From: Treponemataceae bacterium | GTDB lineage: Bacteria; Spirochaetota; Spirochaetia; Treponematales; Rectinemataceae | Assembly (NCBI GenBank): GCA_963678065.2 | Contig: CAXXVZ010000004.1 | Location: forward strand, 320,001 to 384,000 | DNA length: 64,000 nt | Reading direction: 5' to 3' | Part shown: positions 58,245-64,000 of the stretch, in pieces | How positions within the stretch are numbered: the first letter of the stretch is position 1 | Layout of the letters: each line of letters starts with the position of its first letter | Notes under the pieces: model-generated | Seen by the model: the letters and a program-made list of their open reading frames with translations, nothing else | Database searches by the model: none | What the model was told of the DNA's origin: nothing | Made by a program: the position numbers and the translations under genes

Positions 58245-59311
58245 GGATCGATCCTATCCGCGGTCGGGGTGGCGGTCAAGTTTGGCCCGGGCGAGGCCGG
58301 AGATGGTCGCGCCTGAAAGCACTGCGCCTGTGAGAGCTGCGACAACCCGGGCTGCGCGGAAAACGCGAGCATGAGCCCGGGCTCGGCGAGGGCGAAGCGC
58401 CCCTGCGCTTCGGGGCGGGAAGCAAGGTAGCGTTTCCCTTCGGCGGGATCGATGGTGTTGAAATCGAACATGCCGAAGTGGTGACCCAGGCCGAAGCAGG
58501 CGGGAAGCGAGAGGACGAGGTCCACCGCTTCCTCGAGGGTGAAGTTGCCGACAATTCCGTTGGAGGTTCTCTGTGCGTCCCTGCCGTTGACGGGCAGGAA
58601 GGCCAGGTCGGGACCGAAGCCGGCGAGGCTATCCGCGAGCCCAGGATAGGGAACGCAGTCGCCCGAGTGGTAGGCCACGACTCCGGCAAGGTCGAGGATG
58701 TAGCCGAGGTGCAGGAAGTGCCCCTTTACGTCCTTCTCGAGCCGCTCGTGCGCGGAGGGAATGACCGAGAGCCTGCCGCCTACGCCGAGAGCCAGCCTGT
58801 CGCCTGAGTTCACCGCGTCGATCATGCGCGCCGGGATGCCGCGCTCGAGAGCCGTCGCGAGGCAGGACTCGGGGATGAGGAAGCGGCAGGAGGGGTTGTT
58901 CGCGGCGATGAGGGGAAGCGTGCCGGGATCGAGGTGGTCGGAGTGGGAGTGGCTGACAAGGACGAAATCGATGTCGAAGAGTTCGCCCGGAAGGGCTGGC
59001 GGCGGACTTATCCTGGTGTGCGGATACTTTGTGCCGCGGTATTTCTGCGCGAGGGAATCGGAGAGATAGGGGTCGACGAGAATGCGCAGGTCCCCGCTCT
59101 CGAAGAGAAAGCCAGCCTGGCCGAGCCACCAGGCTTTGAGGTCCGGAGCGTCGGCCCGGCCGCGGAGGCCGGAAAGGCCGGGCAGAGCGGGCATGAGGCC
59201 GGGCGCGCCGGGAGATGCGGACACCGCTGCGGATGCGGCAGAAAACGAGACCGATTCCTGCCTCGTTCGGGGAACTCGGCTCTCCGGGAATATCGCGATC
59301 GCCTGTTTCAT
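58241..59311 (-). CDS. Metallo-beta-lactamase-fold hydrolase, UlaG (L-ascorbate-6-P lactonase)-like
   Basis: WWLGQAGF, DPYLSDS, SHSHSDHLD, YHSGD, LPVNGRD, HHFGMF. Confidence 0.85.
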   Translation of the reverse strand: MKQAIAIFPESRVPRTRQESVSFSAASAAVSASPGAPGLMPALPGLSGLRGRADAPDLKAWWLGQAGFLFESGDLRILVDPYLSDSLAQKYRGTKYPHTRISPPPALPGELFDIDFVLVSHSHSDHLDPGTLPLIAANNPSCRFLIPESCLATALERGIPARMIDAVNSGDRLALGVGGRLSVIPSAHERLEKDVKGHFLHLGYILDLAGVVAYHSGDCVPYPGLADSLAGFGPDLAFLPVNGRDAQRTSNGIVGNFTLEEAVDLVLSLPACFGLGHHFGMFDFNTIDPAEGKRYLASRPEAQGRFALAEPGLMLAFSAQPGLSQLSQAQCFQARPSPASPGPNLTATPTADRIDP

Positions 59312-60243
59312 GCGCCGCATTCTGCTAGGGAAGCCAAGAGGTTGTCGACGGCCACCTCGGTGGCCCGGTCTATGCTCTGGTCGGTGAAGCCTCCGATGTG
59401 GGGCGTGGCGATGACGCGCGGGTGCAGCGGAATTTCGAAGCTCGCGGGCGGCTCGCGGTCGAAGGCGTCCACGGTGTACCAGCTCACTTTTCCGGAATCG
59501 AGGGCCGCTCTCATAGCCTGCCAGTCCACGACCGATTCGCGCGCCGTGTTGACGATGACAGTGCCTTTTTTCATGGAGTCGAGTGCAGCCGCGTCGACGA
59601 TGGCGTCGCCGTCCGCCCGGGGAGGACAGTGGAGGCTCAGGACATCGGCGGCGGCGAAGACGGAAGCCAGGTCGGCCCAGACGAAATCCGCCGAAGGAGC
59701 GAAGGAGGAATCGGGGTATGGATCGCAGGCGAGCACCTTCATCCCGAAGGCGAGCGCGAAGCGGGCGACGGTCTTGCCGATCCGGCCGCAGCCCACGAGG
59801 CCAAGGGTCTTTCCCTCGAGCTCGAATCCTTTTTCCCGCGTCCACATGCCCGCCCTTAACGCCGCGGCGGAGAGGGGAATCCTTCTCGCCGCCGAGAGGA
59901 TGTGCCCGAAGGCGAGTTCGGCGACGCCGCGCGCATTGGCCCCCTCCGCGCGCCGCACGATGATCCCTGCGGCCTGTGCCGCCGTGAGGTCGATGTTGTC
60001 GACGCCGGTGCCGTTCCGGGAGATGACTTTCAGGTCTTTTGCGATGGCGATGAGGCCTGAGTCGATTTTTTCCACGCCGGCGAGCCAGCCTACGGCGCCG
60101 CCGAGCACAGCCGCGAGCTGCCCGGAGGTCGGCTGGACTCCGGGAGCGGGAAACACGAGGCCGTATCCGGCCGACCTGATTCTTTCCAACAAAGGATGGC
60201 CGCCCGAGGAGAGGGAGCGCGGAGTGACGATGACGGTTTTCAT
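59308..60243 (-). CDS. D-isomer-specific 2-hydroxyacid dehydrogenase (SerA-like, no ACT domain)
   Basis: SRNGTGVDNID, VAE, GCGRIG, NTAR, DAF..EP, TPHIGG. Confidence 0.9.
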   Translation of the reverse strand: MKTVIVTPRSLSSGGHPLLERIRSAGYGLVFPAPGVQPTSGQLAAVLGGAVGWLAGVEKIDSGLIAIAKDLKVISRNGTGVDNIDLTAAQAAGIIVRRAEGANARGVAELAFGHILSAARRIPLSAAALRAGMWTREKGFELEGKTLGLVGCGRIGKTVARFALAFGMKVLACDPYPDSSFAPSADFVWADLASVFAAADVLSLHCPPRADGDAIVDAAALDSMKKGTVIVNTARESVVDWQAMRAALDSGKVSWYTVDAFDREPPASFEIPLHPRVIATPHIGGFTDQSIDRATEVAVDNLLASLAECGA

Positions 60244-60253
60244 GCGCCGCTCC

Positions 60254-60826
60254 TCACCTGATTTCCGGTTTACCGTCGATTTCCAGGACGCGTCTGAGGA
60301 ATCCTTCCTTCTCGATGTCGCCATAGTTGTGCCCCGCCTCGGCGTTGTAGGAGCAGAAGGAGATGAGCGGCTCGGCGCCGGTGTTGACCGAGCGGTGGGC
60401 CCAGTAGGGCGGGCAGTAGACCATGGCGCCGCGGTGGAAGAGCTGGGACGCAAACTGGCCGTCTGCCGTCTTCATGAGCATGAAACCTCTGCCCCGGAGG
60501 CAGAGGTAGAGCTCTCCCGTGTGGGAGACGGTGTGGTAGTGGCCCTTGGTCATGAAGTATTCGTCGCCGACCTTTCCGGGAAGGAGCTTCGAGATGCAGA
60601 AGAAAATGTGGCCGTACTCTTCGGGGGGAAGACATTCGAAAACTTCGTAGTGGAGAGGGTCGCCATCAGCGATGATCCTCTCCAGGGCCGCCGCGTCGCG
60701 GTAGTGCCCGCGCATGTCCGAAGCCCTGCGCGCGGTATAGTTTTTGGGATTCTTCATGATCCCTTCCTCGAGATCGAACTCGACGGAATAGGGCTGTATC
60801 AGACTCGTTCCTTTTACCAGTTCCAT
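60254..60826 (-). CDS. Cupin-type (archaeal-like) glucose-6-phosphate isomerase family protein
   Basis: PGKVGDEYFMTKGHYH, ELY..L.G.G, PPYWAHRSVNTG, AGHNY. Confidence 0.88.
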   Translation of the reverse strand: MELVKGTSLIQPYSVEFDLEEGIMKNPKNYTARRASDMRGHYRDAAALERIIADGDPLHYEVFECLPPEEYGHIFFCISKLLPGKVGDEYFMTKGHYHTVSHTGELYLCLRGRGFMLMKTADGQFASQLFHRGAMVYCPPYWAHRSVNTGAEPLISFCSYNAEAGHNYGDIEKEGFLRRVLEIDGKPEIR

Positions 60827-60867
60827 GCTTTCCTCCATGCAGTGTGCGCGAACTACCGGACAGCCTG

Positions 60868-61821
60868 TCAGCGAGCCGAGGCCGCGATCGCGCTGAGTGC
60901 GTCGAATCCGGGGCCGCTCGTCGGGATGTCGATGTGGAAGACCTCCGCGATGACGCGGGTCCAGCCGTGTATGAAGTAGACCCAGCCATCCTCGATGCGC
61001 AGGCCCCGGCTTCCCTTCTGTGCCCGGGCCTGGTCCAGGAAGACGAGCTCGCCGCGGTAGTTGTACTCCCAGACGATTCCGTTCTCGGGGAAGACGGCCG
61101 AGTCGGAGAGGGGGGAGCCGGGCGCATCCTTGCCCAGTCCTGTCGCGTTCACGACGAGGGATCCGGCCCTGAGCCCGGCGACGATCCTGTCGTTGTCGGC
61201 CGCCTTCGGCGCGAGAACGTACTCGACCGGAATGCCGGGGTTGATCTGCGCATGGATGTGCCTCATCTCCTCGAGGCGCGGCGCGCTGCGGTTGGTCACG
61301 ACGAGTTTCGAGGGCCACTCGTCGCGAGGTTTCTGCTTCATGATGTAGGCAGAGAGGGCCAGGGAGGAGCCCCCCGCGCCGAGGATGCAGAGCTCGGCGC
61401 CAGTCTTTTTCCAGTAGCCGGCGGGAATGAAGGCGTCGAGGGAGTAGCCTGACGTGAAGGGATCCTTGGCGTGGCCGCAGAGCATCCCGTCCTTCTTGGA
61501 GATGCTCGAAATTTCCCCGAGCAGCTGCGCGTAGGGATCGAGGTAGCCGAAGCGGTCCTGCGCCGCCGCGAGGAGGTCGATCTTGTGAGTGGTGACGAGG
61601 GCGCCGAGGGAGAGCGGATCGTTTTTTATGAAATCGACGACGGCGCGGTAGACCGCAGGATCGTCGTGCCATTTGCAGTCGATCCCCTTTATCGGGACAT
61701 CGCCGAGGCCCAGATGCTCCGCCCACTTCGGGAAGACTTTCATGATCGACGATTTGCCCGTCGTCATGCCGATGAAATAGAAGCTCGGCCTGTCAGCCGC
61801 CACGAGATCCGAAACCGTCAT
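60868..61821 (-). CDS. Shikimate-dehydrogenase-like NAD(P) oxidoreductase, atypical
   Basis: GALVTTHK (cf. VTxPxK), ILGAGG, VTNRS, VVNATGLG, YNY, DGW..I. Confidence 0.75.
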   Translation of the reverse strand: MTVSDLVAADRPSFYFIGMTTGKSSIMKVFPKWAEHLGLGDVPIKGIDCKWHDDPAVYRAVVDFIKNDPLSLGALVTTHKIDLLAAAQDRFGYLDPYAQLLGEISSISKKDGMLCGHAKDPFTSGYSLDAFIPAGYWKKTGAELCILGAGGSSLALSAYIMKQKPRDEWPSKLVVTNRSAPRLEEMRHIHAQINPGIPVEYVLAPKAADNDRIVAGLRAGSLVVNATGLGKDAPGSPLSDSAVFPENGIVWEYNYRGELVFLDQARAQKGSRGLRIEDGWVYFIHGWTRVIAEVFHIDIPTSGPGFDALSAIAASAR

Positions 61822-61825
61822 GATC

Positions 61826-63526
61826 CTAGTCCTCCTTGTCGTCGGGGAAACCCGCGAGAGCCCCGAGCAATCGCTCGTATTGCGCGAAACGGCGCGAGTA
61901 CAGGTCCTTTCTGTCCACGCGCGGCTCGACGGTCTCATCGAATCCGAGCCAGCCGCGCGCGAGCTCCGCCAGCTTTCCGGAACGCGCTTCCGGCCCGGAA
62001 CCTGTTCCGCCGGCGCGCCCCGCTGTCGAGACGGCGTATGCGGCGAGCATGGCCGCGCCCTCAGGCGCCCCGCCCGAGCCCCGGACCGCCCTGAAGGAAA
62101 GACCAAGAATATCAGCCTTGGTCGAGGTCCAGGCTCCGCTCTTTGCGCCGCCACCCGTAATCCGGACTTCCCGGAGCGCGAGCCGCGGATAGAGCCGGCG
62201 GATAGCCGAGAGGTAGACTGAGTATTCGAAGGCTGCCCCCTCGAGGACGGCGCGGTAGAGCCGGTCGAGACCGTGACTCCAGCGCAGGCCCGCCCAGGCG
62301 CCGCGCATTCCCGGATCGCTCGGCATCACCCTTCCCTCGAGGTGGGGAATGAACCAGGGATCGTCTGCCCTGGGTTCAAGTCTGCGGACGAGGGCGTCGA
62401 GATCGTCGAAATCGACGGATCGCCCGCCCGAGGCTCCGGCGCCAGACGCTCCGGCACCCGAGACCCCGGCACCCGACGCTCCTGCTCCCGAGACTCCGGC
62501 ACCCCCCGACGCTCCGGCGCCTGCCGCGCCTGCCTGGAGAGCGGGATCGCCCCGTGAGATGTCCACTCCGGAGGCGATCATGCCAGCGAACCAGAGAATG
62601 TTCATGCCGCCGCCGTTGATGTATGCGTAGGGATGCCAGAGCCCAGGCACGGCGGAACGCCCTATTCCCATGACGCCGGCACAGAGATCGGGGACGAAGG
62701 AAGAACTCGTCGTCGCGAAGACCGAAGCCGTGCCGGCGACGTCGACGCAGACGCCCGGCTCGGTGGCCCCGCAGGACAGGAAGGAGGCCGCCGTATCGCC
62801 GAGACCCGCGGCCACGGGCGTGCCCGCAGCGAGGCCGGAGAGCGCGGCAGCCCCGGCGCTGACTGTCCCGACAATTTCGGAAGGCGCCGCGATGCGCGGC
62901 AGCTTGGCCGGATCGACGCCGAATTCGCGGCAGAGCTCCGGGTCCCATTTTCCCGCAGCGTTGTCCGCGAAGCCGGAAAAATGCAGATAGGTATCGTCGA
63001 CATACGCGTTGTCGATGCCGAGGCCGCAGAGCCGCATCGCCGCGTAGGACCCGGGCTGGACGAAGGCGCGTATGTTCGCGTACACGGAAGGATGTTCGTG
63101 TTTCCAGTACAGGATCTTGGGGCCTTGGTTGAAGCTCGGCGCGTTGCCCGTCTTCGCGAGGACTTCGGCGCCTGCGCCCTTCTTCATCCGCTCGATCCAG
63201 GGCGAGCAGCGGGTGTCGAGCCAGGAATCGTAGGGCGTGAGCGCGCGGGCATCGTCGCCGACGCCGATGGTCCCGGCCATCTGGCCGTCTATCGCCACGC
63301 AGGCTATCGCGCCGGGATCAATCTTCGCCGACTCGATGCAGGCTTTGAGTGTCGTACAGACCGAGGCGAACTGCCGCTCGGGGTCCTCCTCCACCATGCC
63401 GGGGCCAGGCCTGCGCAGCTCGGAGGGACAGAAGGCCTCGGCGGCCAGCCGTCCCTCCTGCGAGTAGATCGCTGCCTTCGTACCCTGTGTCCCGATGTCG
63501 ACGCCCGCGAAAAAAACCTCGTCCAC
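61826..63526 (-). CDS. FGGY family carbohydrate kinase with a Gly/Ala/Ser repeat insertion
   Basis: GVDIGTQGTK, DGQMAG, WLDTR, GLGD, AGTA, PHLEGR, TGGGAK; GTG start after GAGGAG. Confidence 0.9.
   Translation of the reverse strand: MDEVFFAGVDIGTQGTKAAIYSQEGRLAAEAFCPSELRRPGPGMVEEDPERQFASVCTTLKACIESAKIDPGAIACVAIDGQMAGTIGVGDDARALTPYDSWLDTRCSPWIERMKKGAGAEVLAKTGNAPSFNQGPKILYWKHEHPSVYANIRAFVQPGSYAAMRLCGLGIDNAYVDDTYLHFSGFADNAAGKWDPELCREFGVDPAKLPRIAAPSEIVGTVSAGAAALSGLAAGTPVAAGLGDTAASFLSCGATEPGVCVDVAGTASVFATTSSSFVPDLCAGVMGIGRSAVPGLWHPYAYINGGGMNILWFAGMIASGVDISRGDPALQAGAAGAGASGGAGVSGAGASGAGVSGAGASGAGASGGRSVDFDDLDALVRRLEPRADDPWFIPHLEGRVMPSDPGMRGAWAGLRWSHGLDRLYRAVLEGAAFEYSVYLSAIRRLYPRLALREVRITGGGAKSGAWTSTKADILGLSFRAVRGSGGAPEGAAMLAAYAVSTAGRAGGTGSGPEARSGKLAELARGWLGFDETVEPRVDRKDLYSRRFAQYERLLGALAGFPDDKED
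62425..62533 (-). repeat. In-frame ~15-bp degenerate tandem repeat encoding (GAG[A/V]S)n
   Basis: Protein reads AGAAGAGASGGAGVSGAGASGAGVSGAGASGAGASGG; six pentapeptide units. Confidence 0.85.
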
Positions 63527-63554
63527 CTTTGTCTCCTCGCTCTTTTCTTCGGTC

Positions 63555-64000
63555 TCAGTCGAAGGCGAATCCGGTCTTGAGTCCGACACCGCGGACGGAG
63601 AGATCGAAGGCCGCGGCGGCCTCTCCGATGCCGAAACTCGCGGTGAGGATGTTCGCGACCGGTATCAGCCCCTGGCGGATGAGGTCGAGGCAGGTCCGGT
63701 ATTGCCTGAGGTTCTGCCTGCTCGTCCCGGTGACCGTGATCATCTTGTAGTGGATGACGTTCGTGTCGAGAGGAACGATCTCCTTGCCCGCAGGCAGACC
63801 GCCGAAGAAGATGACGCGCGCGTTGAGTCCCGCGAGTTTGAAGGCAGCCTGCTGGACGGCCGGGACGGAGGCGGCGGTCACGACGATGTCGGCGCCCCTG
63901 CCTCCGGTGAGCGCGAGGACCTTCTCCTTCACACCACCCGGCCCGATCGTCACGAAGAACGGATCTTCGTTTTTGCAGACGGCGAGCCGCTCCTCGTTCA
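63555..64000 (-). CDS. Zn-dependent polyol dehydrogenase, C-terminal part (5' end beyond the window)
   Basis: TGGRGADIVVTAA, FFGGLP, LDTNVIHYK..VTGT; the frame is open to the window edge. Confidence 0.8.
   Translation of the reverse strand, partial: NEERLAVCKNEDPFFVTIGPGGVKEKVLALTGGRGADIVVTAASVPAVQQAAFKLAGLNARVIFFGGLPAGKEIVPLDTNVIHYKMITVTGTSRQNLRQYRTCLDLIRQGLIPVANILTASFGIGEAAAAFDLSVRGVGLKTGFAFD

Noticed and set aside
62425..62533. CRISPR-like repeat array
   Set aside because: Contiguous 15-bp in-frame coding repeats with no spacers and no cas genes.

Overview
A high-GC bacterial window, tentatively a free-living spirochaete (inferred from gene content and the non-lipoprotein '...AFAQG' signal peptides; not proven). 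It is almost entirely a carbohydrate-catabolism super-cluster. There are four RbsA/CUT2-type sugar ABC systems, ROK, DeoR, AraC and YesM/YesN regulators, and many enzymes of unresolved substrate: a NahK-like kinase, divergent NagA/NagB, two URO-D-fold proteins, two flavin/Fe-S OYE reductases, two FucI-like isomerases, two FGGY kinases, Zn-ADHs, Gfo/Idh/MocA oxidoreductases, a D-psicose-3-epimerase-like enzyme, a cupin PGI, a UlaG-like lactonase and a shikimate-DH-like protein. A ~10.7 kb block with AT-rich ends (37.5-48.2 kb) interrupts the cluster. It carries an unannotated 47-aa ribbon-helix-helix gene with a perfect 19-bp inverted-repeat operator over an apparently leaderless promoter, a 3051-aa cyclic beta-1,2-glucan synthase and csbD. 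The best candidates for undescribed systems are (i) the right-end operon, which reads as a new oxidative polyol/ketose pathway whose terminal aldolase survives only as an 18-codon eda stump, and (ii) the left-end amino-sugar locus pairing divergent NagA/NagB/NahK with URO-D-fold and OYE enzymes. No rRNA, tRNA, CRISPR array, integrase or transposase was seen. All product calls come from motif recognition by eye; no database search was run.
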